Source: an uncultured Rickettsiales bacterium (lineage in GTDB: Bacteria; Pseudomonadota; Alphaproteobacteria; Rickettsiales; UBA1997). From it: 59,949 nt of DNA. Location: assembly GCA_905478165.1 (NCBI GenBank), contig CAJQHK010000017.1:1-59949 (forward strand), given 5' to 3'. Both the position numbers and the translations under genes were made by a program. Positions 30,565 to 42,545 of the stretch are shown piece after piece (position 1 is the first letter of the stretch; each line of letters begins with the position of its first letter). The notes under the pieces are model-generated. The model was not told the origin of the DNA. It searched no databases and saw only the letters and a program-made list of their open reading frames with translations.

Positions 30565-31980
30565 ATGATGGGAAAGACTCTTTACGATAAAATTTGGCAA
30601 TCACATTTGGTGCATGAAGATAAAAATTTTAATATTATTTATGTTGATAGGCAGTTAATTCATGAAGTAACTTCTCCTCAAGCTTTCGAAGGTCTTAGGA
30701 TAAATAATCGTAAAGTTAAGAATCCCAATTTTCATTTAGCTGTAGCTGATCATAATGTTCCAACTACCATAGCAAATCGTGGTAATGGAGTGGAAGGGGT
30801 GTCGGACTTAATTGCTAAGACTCAAATTCAAACTTTAGAAGGTAATTGCAAGGAATTTAAAATTAAATATTTTGATCTTGATGATGAGAAGCAAGGTATT
30901 GTTCACATCGTCGGTCCAGAGCAGGGATTTACTCAACCGGGCATGATCATTGTTTGTGGCGATAGTCATACAGCGACTCATGGAGCATTTGGCGCTCTTG
31001 CATTTGGAATTGGTACTAGTGAGGTAGAGCATGTCTTATCAACTCAAACCTTACAGCAGGAAAAATCAAAAAATCTTTTAGTTAAAATTGATGGCAAGTT
31101 AAGTGAGTATGTCACCGCGAAAGATGTTGCCTTGGCTATCATTGCTAAAATTGGAACGGCAGGTGGTACAGGCTATGTTATTGAGTATGGCGGAGAGGTA
31201 ATTAAAAATCTTTCTATGGAGGCTAGGATGACCATTTGCAACATGACAATTGAGGCTGGAGCTCGATCTGGTTTAATTGCTCCAGACGAAACTACTTTTA
31301 CATATTTAAAAGATCTTCCATTTTCACCAAAAGGAAAGGATTTTGATAAGGCTGTTACCTATTGGAAGTCCTTAGTTTCTGATTTGGACGCTCAATATGA
31401 TAAAATTGTTACTTTAGATGCTAATGAGATTGAGCCTTTTGTCACTTGGGGAACTAGTCCTGAGGATGCGTTACCAATTTCAGCTTCCGTTCCTGTGCCA
31501 TCAGATTTTAACGAATCAAAGGCTGTTGCAGTTAAGAGGTCTTTAGAATATATGGGTCTAACTTCAGGCACAAAATTAGAAGATATTGTGATTGATAAGG
31601 TTTTTATCGGCTCTTGCACCAACGGTAGGATTGAGGATTTACGAGCTGCCGCTAAAGTTTCTAAGGGCAAAAAGATTGCAAAAAATATTAAATTAGCAAT
31701 GGTCGTTCCCGGCTCTGGTTTGGTTAAAAAACAGGCTGAATCTGAAGGTTTAGACAAAATATTTATTGAAACTGGTTTTGAGTGGAGAGAGCCTGGTTGC
31801 TCAATGTGTTTAGCTATGAATGCTGATAAATTGGAATCAGGAGAGAGGTGCGCCTCAACTTCTAATAGAAATTTTGAAGGAAGACAAGGTAGAGGTGGTA
31901 GAACTCATTTATTAAGTCCGGAGATGGCGGTTGCGGCTGCTATTAATGGCAAACTAACCGATGTAAGAAAAGTTGTTTAA
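30565..31980 (+). CDS. leuC: 3-isopropylmalate dehydratase large subunit
   Basis: [57 protein letters not shown]. Confidence 0.98.
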   Translation: MMGKTLYDKIWQSHLVHEDKNFNIIYVDRQLIHEVTSPQAFEGLRINNRKVKNPNFHLAVADHNVPTTIANRGNGVEGVSDLIAKTQIQTLEGNCKEFKIKYFDLDDEKQGIVHIVGPEQGFTQPGMIIVCGDSHTATHGAFGALAFGIGTSEVEHVLSTQTLQQEKSKNLLVKIDGKLSEYVTAKDVALAIIAKIGTAGGTGYVIEYGGEVIKNLSMEARMTICNMTIEAGARSGLIAPDETTFTYLKDLPFSPKGKDFDKAVTYWKSLVSDLDAQYDKIVTLDANEIEPFVTWGTSPEDALPISASVPVPSDFNESKAVAVKRSLEYMGLTSGTKLEDIVIDKVFIGSCTNGRIEDLRAAAKVSKGKKIAKNIKLAMVVPGSGLVKKQAESEGLDKIFIETGFEWREPGCSMCLAMNADKLESGERCASTSNRNFEGRQGRGGRTHLLSPEMAVAAAINGKLTDVRKVV

Positions 31981-32004
31981 ATCTAAAATTATTTTTACTA
32001 TTTT

Positions 32005-32703
32005 ATGTCGTTAATCGATTCAGACAAAAATAAAGAAAAAATTTTAAAGAAATTTTTTGAAATTTCTTCTGCCCTCGGCTGTAGTGAGGAGGTGTTGCAA
32101 AGTGCGGTTACAGAGTCTGGTTTTGATTCTAAATTAAAAGATATTTTTTTTGAAGATGGTCTAATTGATTTATTTAATTTTGCAATTGATGTCTTGGACA
32201 AAAAAACCCTGAAAGAAGCTGAGGGGATAGACTTGTCTGAGTTTGGTATCTCTGGCAAGATTCGTGAGTTTGTTAAAATTAGATTACATTTAGTGGCAGA
32301 AAATTATAATAGTTTTTGTCAAATATCTTCTTATTTAAGACATAATCCGAAGATGTTATCATTTATACTGCAAAAATCTTATAAATTTTCAGATTTAGTT
32401 TGGTACGAGATTGATGATCAATCTACAGATTATAATTTTTATAGTAAAAGAATTTTACTTTCTAAAATTTATTTAAAAACATTGTCCTTTTTTTCTAAAA
32501 ATAACTCAGTTGATAAATCTTTATTATATTTTGACAGTCAGATTCAAAATGTCTTAAAGTTTTCTAAGGTAAAATCTGAAATCAAGGAAATGATTGGTGG
32601 TATTTTTAAAAAGAATAATGACAACAACTTAATTTTTACTAAAGAAGTATTTAAAAAATGTTGTTTAAAATTACCTTTTATAAGATTATATGGTAGGAGA
32701 TAA
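32005..32703 (+). CDS. COQ9-family (rpsU-divergently transcribed) protein
   Basis: KIREFVKIRL, SDLVWYEIDDQSTDYNFYSKR matches the COQ9 D..W...GD.STD.N.Y.KR motif. Confidence 0.8.
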   Translation: MSLIDSDKNKEKILKKFFEISSALGCSEEVLQSAVTESGFDSKLKDIFFEDGLIDLFNFAIDVLDKKTLKEAEGIDLSEFGISGKIREFVKIRLHLVAENYNSFCQISSYLRHNPKMLSFILQKSYKFSDLVWYEIDDQSTDYNFYSKRILLSKIYLKTLSFFSKNNSVDKSLLYFDSQIQNVLKFSKVKSEIKEMIGGIFKKNNDNNLIFTKEVFKKCCLKLPFIRLYGRR

Positions 32704-33487
32704 CTCTTTTGATCTAGTCGTTGGAACCATATTGTTGCTAATAATACTTTTTTCTTTTTTAAAAGGTTTTGCTAGAGATTTTTCTTCTACCTTGTGCTGG
32801 TTTTCTGCTGCCTTAATTTCTTATTTTTTTGGCCCCGTATTATTTAATATTTTTAAAATTCATATTGGCAACGCCTATCTGGCTAAAGTCTCTTCTTACT
32901 CAATTTTATTTATTATTACTCTAATCATTATTTACATATTGATTTCAAAATTATTGAGACCGCTATTAAGTAAGATTCCTGATGTAATTGACCGCTCTTT
33001 AGGTTTGTTTTTTGGTGTTTTTAAAGGATATGTTATGTTATGCTTAGTGTTTGGTGTTTTTGTAAAAATCTCTAATAGTCATATATTTTCTTATTTAAGC
33101 AAGACTAAGAAAACTTCCGGAGGCGACACTATGAATTGGTTTAGCAATGCAAAATCCTATCCAATTTTAGAATTTGGCGCATCAAAACTATCTTTTCTTT
33201 TTGACCATATATCGTTGGATTTTCTGGAAAGGAGTTCAGATAGTAATATTGAAATTAAAGATCCTGATGGTAATAAATTTATGGATGATAATTTTGATAA
33301 GGGGTTAGAATCTGGTAGCAAAAAATTATCTATTAACAAGAACGCAGTAAAATCTGGTGGATACAAATCTAATGAAATTAGAAAAATGGATAGATTAATT
33401 TATGTAATAGATAATATTAATGACAACAGCTCTGAGGATGGTGCAGATAAGAGTTCTGTTATAGAGTTACTAATACCAGGTTTGTAA
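32690..33487 (+). CDS. cvpA: CvpA-family membrane protein with soluble C-terminal extension
   Basis: FDL...KGFARD, four TM helices, IDRSLGLFFGVFKG, AKSYP. Confidence 0.82.
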   Translation: MVGDNSFDLVVGTILLLIILFSFLKGFARDFSSTLCWFSAALISYFFGPVLFNIFKIHIGNAYLAKVSSYSILFIITLIIIYILISKLLRPLLSKIPDVIDRSLGLFFGVFKGYVMLCLVFGVFVKISNSHIFSYLSKTKKTSGGDTMNWFSNAKSYPILEFGASKLSFLFDHISLDFLERSSDSNIEIKDPDGNKFMDDNFDKGLESGSKKLSINKNAVKSGGYKSNEIRKMDRLIYVIDNINDNSSEDGADKSSVIELLIPGL

Positions 33488-33649
33488 GTAGCACCGTCTC
33501 TCATTATGCACCAACTTTTGCCAGCATATTGGAGGAGGCAAGATTGATAAATGGTATTATTTTTGCGGTGTTTTGAGTGTTTTATTACAGTTAGGAACTG
33601 TGCACAGCTACGTATGTAGCTATTATTTTAATTAATTAATTAATTATTT

Positions 33650-34387
33650 ATGTTTAATTTAGAAGGAAAAAATGCCTTAATTACAGGTGCAAGTGGTGGT
33701 ATTGGCGGCGCTATTGCTAAATCTTTAAGTAAGCTAGGTGCTAATGTGGTTATTTCTGGCACCAGAGAAGAAAAATTACAAGCTCTGAAATTGGAAATCC
33801 CTGGTAAGTGCGAAATTTTAACTTGTAATCTATCTGATTTCGATCAGGTTGAGAGTTTGTTTTCTAAGGCGGAAGAGTTTTTTGGCTCTATTGATATTCT
33901 TGTTTGCAATGCCGGTATTACAAAAGATAATTTGATTATGAGAGTTAAGAATGAAGATTGGGATGATGTTTTAAACGTTAATCTTAAATCTACTTTTATC
34001 TTAAATAAAAATGCTGCAACTAAGATGATCAGAAGAAAATTTGGTAGAATTATTAATATTTCTTCTGTTGTTGGTGTTTCTGGAAACCCTGGTCAGGCCA
34101 ATTATTGTGCTTCAAAAGCTGGTATGATTGGTATGGGCAAGTCAATTGCTATGGATATCGCTAAAAGAGGTGTAACCGTAAATGCTGTTGCACCAGGTTT
34201 TATTGCAACTGAGATGACGGATAATCTTAATGACAAACAAAAAGTAGCTATTAATGACAAGATTCCTGCTGGTAAGATGGGATCAGTAAGCGACATTGCT
34301 TCAGCAGTTTGTTTTTTATCTAGCAATGAATCTGGATATATTACTGGACAAACTCTTCATGTAAATGGTGGAATGCTTATGATCTAA
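33650..34387 (+). CDS. fabG: 3-oxoacyl-ACP reductase
   Basis: TGASGGIG, CNAGITKDNL, GNPGQANYCASKAG, ITGQTLHVNGGM. Confidence 0.97.
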   Translation: MFNLEGKNALITGASGGIGGAIAKSLSKLGANVVISGTREEKLQALKLEIPGKCEILTCNLSDFDQVESLFSKAEEFFGSIDILVCNAGITKDNLIMRVKNEDWDDVLNVNLKSTFILNKNAATKMIRRKFGRIINISSVVGVSGNPGQANYCASKAGMIGMGKSIAMDIAKRGVTVNAVAPGFIATEMTDNLNDKQKVAINDKIPAGKMGSVSDIASAVCFLSSNESGYITGQTLHVNGGMLMI

Positions 34388-34443
34388 GGTCGTTGTAAAT
34401 TTAGAGTTTTTTGCTGAATATTACATATTCAATGCAATTGTGG

Positions 34444-34517
34444 CAATTTCTATCTTTAAAACAGTGTTTTCAAAAAAACTGTTTTAACTTGTGTATTTTA
34501 AAGGCAGGAATTGGTAT
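34444..34517. repeat. Palindromic intergenic repeat, long copy
   Basis: CAATTTCTATCTTTAAAA...CTGTTTTAACTTGTGTATTTTAAAGGCAGGAATTGGTAT aligns with 57364-57429. Confidence 0.7.
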
Positions 34518-34543
34518 GATTTTTTAACCTTAATAACCCACCT

Positions 34544-35167
34544 ATGTCTCAAATATTATCTAAATTATCATTTATTCTGGCCATTTTATTGGTTAGCAAT
34601 GTTAATGCCAAAATTATTTCCTATGACAAAGTGCCATCTGGTACTTATAAATTAGATAAAACACATGCTAGTATTGTTTGGCAGGTTTCTCATCTAGGTC
34701 TTTCTGATTATACTGCGAGATTTTCTAATTTTGATGCTACAATAAAATTCGATGTTAAAGATCCTAAAAGTAGTATTGTAGAAGCCGAAATTGATTCTTT
34801 TTCAATAAAGACTGAATATCCATATCCAGAACAAAAAGATTTTGATAAAAAGTTACAAGGAGGTAGTTGGTTTGATAGTAAAAAATTCCCTAAAATTATC
34901 TTTAAATCCAAGAGGATTGAGCTCATTAATGACAAAAATGGTGTAATGGTTGGAAATCTAACATTTTTAGGAGTTACCAAAGAAGTAAAGTTGGATATAG
35001 TTTTTAATGGAGCCATGACAAGACAGCCATTTACTAAAAAACCAACCATGGGTTTTAAGGCCACAGCCATCATTAAAAGATCCGACTGGGGTATGAAAAC
35101 TTACATACCAAAAATTGGTGATGAGGTAAAGATCGTTTTTGATGGTGAATTTGGAATGGAAGATTAA
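34544..35167 (+). CDS. YceI-family polyisoprenoid-binding periplasmic protein
   Basis: Signal peptide, YKLDKTHA, VSHLGLS, WFDSKKFPKI.F, GNLTFLGVTK, IKRSDWGM. Confidence 0.93.
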   Translation: MSQILSKLSFILAILLVSNVNAKIISYDKVPSGTYKLDKTHASIVWQVSHLGLSDYTARFSNFDATIKFDVKDPKSSIVEAEIDSFSIKTEYPYPEQKDFDKKLQGGSWFDSKKFPKIIFKSKRIELINDKNGVMVGNLTFLGVTKEVKLDIVFNGAMTRQPFTKKPTMGFKATAIIKRSDWGMKTYIPKIGDEVKIVFDGEFGMED

Positions 35168-35183
35168 ATATTAAAATATTCAA

Positions 35184-35741
35184 ATGTCAAAGAAAAATAA
35201 TTATCATATTTCTATCATTTTGCTTCACTGGATTATGGCATTAGCTATTTTTCTAATGTTAATTAGTGGCACTATTATTGAATATACTGATATCAATAAA
35301 TCTCTAAAATTTGATTTATATCAATATCATAAATCTCTTGGAGTTTTACTTTTGATTGCTCTTTTGGTTCGTGTTTTTTGTAGAATGATAACTAGAATAC
35401 CAACTTTACCAAAGAAATTTTCTAATTTAGAGGTGAAATTAACTAAATGTGGTCACTATATTTTATATCTCTTGATGCTTACCATGGTTTCTTCTGGTTG
35501 GTTTATTGTGTCAACCAGTTCTTATGGTTTGCCAACTATTGTTTTTGGTCTTTTTGAGTGGCCTCATATTCCAAACTTAATGGGCGAAAGAAAGTTACAT
35601 AAATTAGCGGAATTAATTCATTTTGTAGGTGCAATTTCTTTATTTTTAGCAATAATTGGACATGTAGGGATGGTTATTAAGCATAAAATTATCGACAGAG
35701 AGGGTTTATTGCAAAGAATATGGTTCAGCAAGAGGAAATAA
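35184..35741 (+). CDS. Cytochrome b561 (YceJ/CybB type)
   Basis: LLHWIMA, HKSLG, GHYILY, SSGW, IH...GHV heme-ligand histidines. Confidence 0.93.
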   Translation: MSKKNNYHISIILLHWIMALAIFLMLISGTIIEYTDINKSLKFDLYQYHKSLGVLLLIALLVRVFCRMITRIPTLPKKFSNLEVKLTKCGHYILYLLMLTMVSSGWFIVSTSSYGLPTIVFGLFEWPHIPNLMGERKLHKLAELIHFVGAISLFLAIIGHVGMVIKHKIIDREGLLQRIWFSKRK

Positions 35742-35749
35742 AATTATTT

Positions 35750-36325
35750 ATGAGAAAGGTTGGCAGTTTTGTGGTATTATGCATATCTATTGGGTTGTTT
35801 ATGATTAATAACTCTTATGCCAAAGATTACCAGATAGACTATTTGAAGAGTAGGGTTGTTTTTTCTGGCAACCATGCTGACAATAAATTTACAGGATATG
35901 TACAGAAATATCAGTCAAAAATTATTTTTGATAAAAATAATCTAAAAAATAGTAAAATTGAGGTAATTTTTGATATGAATAGCTTTAAAACTGGTAATGA
36001 AATGTATGATGGTGCATTACCAAGTAAGGACTGGCTTAATGTTAAAAATTACCCTAAAGGCTATTTTAAATCTACAAAGATCATCGATAATTCTGGTGGA
36101 AATTTTCAGATGGAGGGTAACTTAATAATAAAAAATATTACTAAAAAAATTAATCTTATCTTTATTATAAAAGATCTAGATAAGAGCTTACTTAATGTAA
36201 AGTCAGATTTTAAAATTAATCGTCTAGATTTTGATATTGGACGTGAATCCGATGATTCTGGTGAGTGGGTTGATCTTGAGATTGATGTCTCATTAGATTT
36301 AATTGTTAAGACTTCCTATGAATAA
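35750..36325 (+). CDS. YceI-family protein (second paralogue)
   Basis: Signal peptide, IDYLKSRVVF, DWLNVKNYP..F, GNLIIKNITK, INRLDFDIG. Confidence 0.9.
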   Translation: MRKVGSFVVLCISIGLFMINNSYAKDYQIDYLKSRVVFSGNHADNKFTGYVQKYQSKIIFDKNNLKNSKIEVIFDMNSFKTGNEMYDGALPSKDWLNVKNYPKGYFKSTKIIDNSGGNFQMEGNLIIKNITKKINLIFIIKDLDKSLLNVKSDFKINRLDFDIGRESDDSGEWVDLEIDVSLDLIVKTSYE

Positions 36326-37451
36326 AAAAAGATCTCTGTATGTTTATGGTTCAACGGGCTCGATTGGAAAAAATGCTTTAGAAGTTATTCGTCAAAATTT
36401 AGATTTATATTCGGTAGATGCTTTAATTGCTGGTAGTGACCATAAGACATTAATTATTCAGGCCAAGGAATTTCGTCCAAAATATGTTGGCCTTGCTAAT
36501 GAAAAATTTTACGAAGAGTTAAAATCAGAACTTCCCAATTGTCAAATTATTGTAGGAGAGGGTGCGATTAATGATTTAGCAAAAAATAAGTGCGATCTTT
36601 TCCTGTCAGCCATTACTGGTATCAAGGCTTTAATTCCAACAATTAATGCTATTCAATCTGGATCAAACATTGCTATTGCCAATAAGGAGTGCTTAGTTTC
36701 TGCTGGAGAGATTATTATGCAAGAAATTAAGAAAAATAAAGTTGATCTTATTCCTGTAGATTCCGAACATAATGCTATTCATCAAATTTTTGAATATCAA
36801 AATCTAAATTTAATTAACCAAATTACTTTAACTGCCTCTGGTGGACCTTTTTTAAACAAATCCTTAAAAGAATTAAAGAATGTTACTGTCAAGGAGGCTG
36901 TAAATCATCCAAACTGGAAAATGGGGCAAAAAATATCTATTGATTCTGCAACAATGATGAATAAGGGTTTAGAAGTAATTGAGGCTGCTATGATATTTCC
37001 TATTAGAAATGATCAGATAGATGTCATTATTCATCCAGAATCCATTATTCATGGCTTAGTTTCCTACCAAGATGGCGCAACTTTGGCTATGATGAATCCT
37101 CCAGATATGAAGATTCCAATTTCCTATGCTTTAAAAATTAATCAAAGATTGAAAATTAATCATAAGAAATTAGATTTGACAGAGATTTCAAAATTAAACT
37201 TTATTAAGCCAGATTTTAATCGTTTTAGGGCATTAAAATTAGCATTTGAGGTGTTGGAAGAGGGTGGTAATAAATTGCCAATTTTAAATGCGGCGAATGA
37301 AATTGCTGTTGAGAAATTTTTAAAGGGAGAGATTAAATTTGTTGATATAATTGATTTAGTAGAAGAGGTTTTAAATAAAATTTCTTATCAGAAAATCAAC
37401 TCTCTGAATGATGTGTTGTATTTTGATAAGAGGGCTAGGGAGATATGCTAA
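36318..37451 (+). CDS. dxr: 1-deoxy-D-xylulose-5-phosphate reductoisomerase
   Basis: GSTGSIG, ANKE, PVDSEHNAI, LTASGGPF, HPNWKMG.KISIDSATMMNKGLE, NAANEIAV; ATG overlaps the yceI stop. Confidence 0.97.
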   Translation: MNKKRSLYVYGSTGSIGKNALEVIRQNLDLYSVDALIAGSDHKTLIIQAKEFRPKYVGLANEKFYEELKSELPNCQIIVGEGAINDLAKNKCDLFLSAITGIKALIPTINAIQSGSNIAIANKECLVSAGEIIMQEIKKNKVDLIPVDSEHNAIHQIFEYQNLNLINQITLTASGGPFLNKSLKELKNVTVKEAVNHPNWKMGQKISIDSATMMNKGLEVIEAAMIFPIRNDQIDVIIHPESIIHGLVSYQDGATLAMMNPPDMKIPISYALKINQRLKINHKKLDLTEISKLNFIKPDFNRFRALKLAFEVLEEGGNKLPILNAANEIAVEKFLKGEIKFVDIIDLVEEVLNKISYQKINSLNDVLYFDKRAREIC

Positions 37452-37691
37452 TTCACCTGTCTTTCAGATATCACACTTAAAGTACGCAAGTTAAAAAACA
37501 TAATAATATTAAGGAAAATTTTAGGTTTCAGACAATTTCTAAAGATGCTTAGAAAATATGATTATCCCAGATTCTTCAGAGGTTTTATTTTTTACCAATG
37601 TTGGATAAAAATATTTTGATATATTACTTATTTTAAGGTAGATTAGAGTTGTGAAGTTAAAGAATAGAGGCGATATGGATTTTTTTAATGT

Positions 37692-38210
37692 TTACTTAAT
37701 AGATAGTTTTTTTTCACCTTTAAATCCAGCTGCAACCCCGGTTCTGGAGACGCCATCAATTCCTAAGTAAGAAATTTTTGCTATTATACTATCAATTGCT
37801 TCGGCAGTACCAATAATTTCAAAAATTGCGGCATTATTAGTCAAGTCAATTAAGTTTGTGCGGTATTTACTTAGAATTTCAAGAGCTTCGGATCTTTTTT
37901 TGTCATCTCCAATAATTTTTACTAAAGCAATTTCTCTCTCCACATAGCCATACTCTTTGGTTAGTTCAACCGCGTTATGAACGGGAATAATTCTGTTTAA
38001 TAGTTTGCAGATTAGATCAACTGTTTTTTTACTGCCGTAAGTTGTTATGGTAATTCTGGATAATTTTTTGTCTTTAGTGATTGGTGCAACATTTAAGGAT
38101 TCGATATTGTAACCCCTTCCAGAAAATAACTCAACAATACGCGCTAAAGCGCCAAATTCATTATCAACTAAAATTGCAATTACATGTTTTTTGATTTCCT
38201 CCTCTGTCAT
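37692..38210 (-). CDS. ilvN: Acetolactate synthase small (regulatory) subunit
   Basis: LVDNEFGALARI..LFSGRGYNIESL, SRITI, EREIALVK, SRTG. Confidence 0.93.
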   Translation of the reverse strand: MTEEEIKKHVIAILVDNEFGALARIVELFSGRGYNIESLNVAPITKDKKLSRITITTYGSKKTVDLICKLLNRIIPVHNAVELTKEYGYVEREIALVKIIGDDKKRSEALEILSKYRTNLIDLTNNAAIFEIIGTAEAIDSIIAKISYLGIDGVSRTGVAAGFKGEKKLSIK

Positions 38211-38222
38211 TTTGTAAATTTA

Positions 38223-39899
38223 TTATCCTCTTAATTTTTTTGCTGCCTCAATTGCTTCAATGGTAATTTTTTCACCCGAAAGCATTCTAGCAATTTCAGT
38301 TTCCGACTCTTGACAGCATAAAGTCTCAACCGAAGTTTTACTTTCATGCTCATCATCTTTTTTGGAGATTCTTAAGTGAAAATCGGACTTTGCTGCCACT
38401 TGCGCATGGTGAGTAATGGCAATAATTTGAGAACTTTTACCTAAGTCGCTCATTTTTTGTCCAATTTTTGCAGCAACTAAGCCACCTACTCCAGAATCAA
38501 TTTCGTCAAAAATAATTGTCGGAATTGATTTTACTTCCATTAAAGATTTTTTAATGGCTAGCATAAAGCGTGAAAGTTCGCCACCTGAAGCAATTTGATT
38601 AATTTCACCAAAGTCAGAATTTTTATTTATCTTAGCTAAAAATTTTACTTTATCAATGCCAAATTTATTATATCTGTCAGGAGACAATTCTTCAAAATTT
38701 ACTAAAAATTCAACAGAACTCATCTGTAAATCACTCAGCTCTTCCTCAATTTTTTTGCTAATCTTTTTAGCCGCAATCTTTCTGTTTACTTGTAATCTTT
38801 TAGCAATTTCTAAAAATCCCGACGCTAATTCTTTTTCTTTAATTTCCAACTCTCCTAAATTCTTCTCAAGATTAGTCAGGCTTTGAACAGAAATTTTGAT
38901 TCCTTTTAAATATTCTGGTAATTCGTCACATTTTTTATTTAATTTACGCGCTAAACCTCTAATTAAGAATAATCTTTCTTCAATTTCTTCCAAAGACTCA
39001 CCCTCATTGCTAATAATACTTCCAATTTCTCTAATAACTTCTTTCGCAAAGTCGCTTTTGATAATGGATTCTTCAATATTTTGATCTAGACTTTTTAGCA
39101 ATTCCTTATCTTCAATAAAATTATCTAACATCTGCATTTTTCGAGATAATTTTTGTTGAGCAATAAATAAATTACTATTGGCATTAGTAACCTCTACAGA
39201 CAGATCATTGATTAAATTAGAAATCTTTTCTTTATTGTGTAAGAGATTTTTTTTATCAGATAGAGCTTCCTCTTCTTTTATCTCGATATTGGCATCTTCT
39301 AATTCCGTGATAACATGCTCTAAATATTCCTTTTCTTCCTTGTTTTTTTCTTGCTCTTGATAAATTTTAGCTATTTTCTGCCTTAAGTTCCATAATTTTT
39401 CATAAATTGTAATAATTTTTTGTAATTGATTATCATTCTTTGCATAATTATCAATGATTGCTAGATGAAAATTGCTATTTAAAAGATCGCTCTGGTCATT
39501 TTGACCATGAATTTCGACCAGTAATTTACCAATTTGAGAGAGAAGATTATTGCTAATTGGAATATCATTAGCAAAAGATTTGCTAGAACCATTTTCTTTG
39601 AGAATTCTTTTAAGAGTTAAGTTATTTTGATTTTCATTATCTAATAGCTCGTTTTCTATAAGAAGTTCCTGACAATTTTGATTGTTAGAGATGGAAAAGT
39701 TGGCTACTACCAAGCCTTGCTTTTGATTTTTTTTGAGTAACTTTATGTTAGATCGATATCCAATAGCAAGACCAAGAGCACCAAGAATAATTGATTTTCC
39801 TGATCCAGTCTCTCCCGTTAAAACGCAGAAACCTTTATCAAAATTTATTTCAATTTTATCAATTAAAACAATATTTTGGATAAAAAGGGATTTTAACAT
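38223..39899 (-). CDS. recN: DNA repair protein RecN
   Basis: LTGETGSGKS, EIHGQ, ASGGELSRFMLA, IFDEIDSGVGG, ITHHAQVA, EIARMLSG. Confidence 0.97.
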   Translation of the reverse strand: MLKSLFIQNIVLIDKIEINFDKGFCVLTGETGSGKSIILGALGLAIGYRSNIKLLKKNQKQGLVVANFSISNNQNCQELLIENELLDNENQNNLTLKRILKENGSSKSFANDIPISNNLLSQIGKLLVEIHGQNDQSDLLNSNFHLAIIDNYAKNDNQLQKIITIYEKLWNLRQKIAKIYQEQEKNKEEKEYLEHVITELEDANIEIKEEEALSDKKNLLHNKEKISNLINDLSVEVTNANSNLFIAQQKLSRKMQMLDNFIEDKELLKSLDQNIEESIIKSDFAKEVIREIGSIISNEGESLEEIEERLFLIRGLARKLNKKCDELPEYLKGIKISVQSLTNLEKNLGELEIKEKELASGFLEIAKRLQVNRKIAAKKISKKIEEELSDLQMSSVEFLVNFEELSPDRYNKFGIDKVKFLAKINKNSDFGEINQIASGGELSRFMLAIKKSLMEVKSIPTIIFDEIDSGVGGLVAAKIGQKMSDLGKSSQIIAITHHAQVAAKSDFHLRISKKDDEHESKTSVETLCCQESETEIARMLSGEKITIEAIEAAKKLRG

Positions 39900-39919
39900 A
39901 TAGGTTTTTCAGGGATTCC

Positions 39920-40168
39920 TTAATCTATTAGTATCAATAATACCTTTTCTTTCATTTCGACAAATCCAGCTTGACTCTTGAATGTTTTTATAATTTTTTC
40001 AGATTCGTCTAATATTTTAATCTCTCCTTTCTTAAGAGAAGTAATGAGTGACTCGTGATTAGACATAACTCCAATTTCACCAGATAGGGTGGGAATAATT
40101 ACCATATGGCATTTATCTTCAAATAAAATGCCAGATGGTGAAACTATCTTAACTTCTAAATAGTTCAT
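39920..40168 (-). CDS. atpC: ATP synthase F1 epsilon subunit (N-terminal beta-sandwich only)
   Basis: KIVSP, IP..GEIGVMSNH, L..G, GFVE; directly downstream of atpD. Confidence 0.9.
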   Translation of the reverse strand: MNYLEVKIVSPSGILFEDKCHMVIIPTLSGEIGVMSNHESLITSLKKGEIKILDESEKIIKTFKSQAGFVEMKEKVLLILID

Positions 40169-40170
40169 AC

Positions 40171-41607
<1,437 letters not shown>

Positions 41608-41687
41608 TCAATTAGCTGTTAATATTCTATACTATTGAAGTATTTTTCAAGTTAAAATATTAAGAACCTTTAAGAAATAAATTATCT

Positions 41688-42545
41688 ATGACTAAATTAA
41701 TTCAAATTGCAGTTATTGGTAACCCAATTTCTCAATCATTATCACCGAAAATGCATAATTTTCTTCTGAAAAAATATGGCATTAGTGGATTCTATATTCC
41801 TTTGAAAATTAAGGAGGAAAATTTTAATCCAATACTCAAGGAGTTATCGGAAATAGGCTTTAAAGGTTTCAATATTACTATTCCATTTAAAGAGAAGGCT
41901 TTAAATTTGTGTAACAAATTAAGTAATTCAGCTAAGGAGATCGGTGCAGTAAATACAATTTTAACTATGGAGGATGGTAGTTTTTTTGGACATAATTCTG
42001 ATGGAATTGGTTTTGTCAAGAATATTCAAAATTCCTATCCAGATTTTAAATTTAAAGATAAGGAAGTTGTTTTAATTGGGGCCGGAGGTGCGGCAAAGGC
42101 AATTTCACATAGTTTGATGATTAAAAATGTTAAAAAAATTACTATTTTTAATCGGAATCTAGAGAAGGCTCAAGATTTAATAAAAAATCTAGTTAAGATT
42201 AATAAAAATATTATTTTGGAAGTAAAGATTTTATCAGAAATTAACAAAAATCTTAAGAATTGTGATTTATTGATTAACTCCACCTCTCTTGGCATGGAAA
42301 ACAATCCTGCATTAGAAATTAATTTAGTAAATCTATCAAAAAATGCCGTAGTTAGTGATATCGTCTATAAACCATTAATTACACCTCTTTTACAACAAGC
42401 CCAGGATTTAAATTTAAAAATTGTTACTGGTATTGGTATGTTAATTTTTCAAGGATTGGTTGGGTTTGAATTGTGGTTTGGAAAGAGAGTTTTTTCTAGG
42501 GAGGATATTAATGAATTGGAGGAGTTATTGTTGAAAAGTCTTTGA
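41688..42545 (+). CDS. aroE: Shikimate dehydrogenase
   Basis: GNPISQSLSP, NITIPFKE, GAVNT, NSDG, GAGGAA, DIVYKP, GIGMLIFQG. Confidence 0.96.
   Translation: MTKLIQIAVIGNPISQSLSPKMHNFLLKKYGISGFYIPLKIKEENFNPILKELSEIGFKGFNITIPFKEKALNLCNKLSNSAKEIGAVNTILTMEDGSFFGHNSDGIGFVKNIQNSYPDFKFKDKEVVLIGAGGAAKAISHSLMIKNVKKITIFNRNLEKAQDLIKNLVKINKNIILEVKILSEINKNLKNCDLLINSTSLGMENNPALEINLVNLSKNAVVSDIVYKPLITPLLQQAQDLNLKIVTGIGMLIFQGLVGFELWFGKRVFSREDINELEELLLKSL

Noticed and set aside
33606-33621. Palindrome AGCTAC-GTAT-GTAGCT upstream of fabG as an operator
   Set aside because: Single short instance and no cognate regulator visible; cannot be supported.
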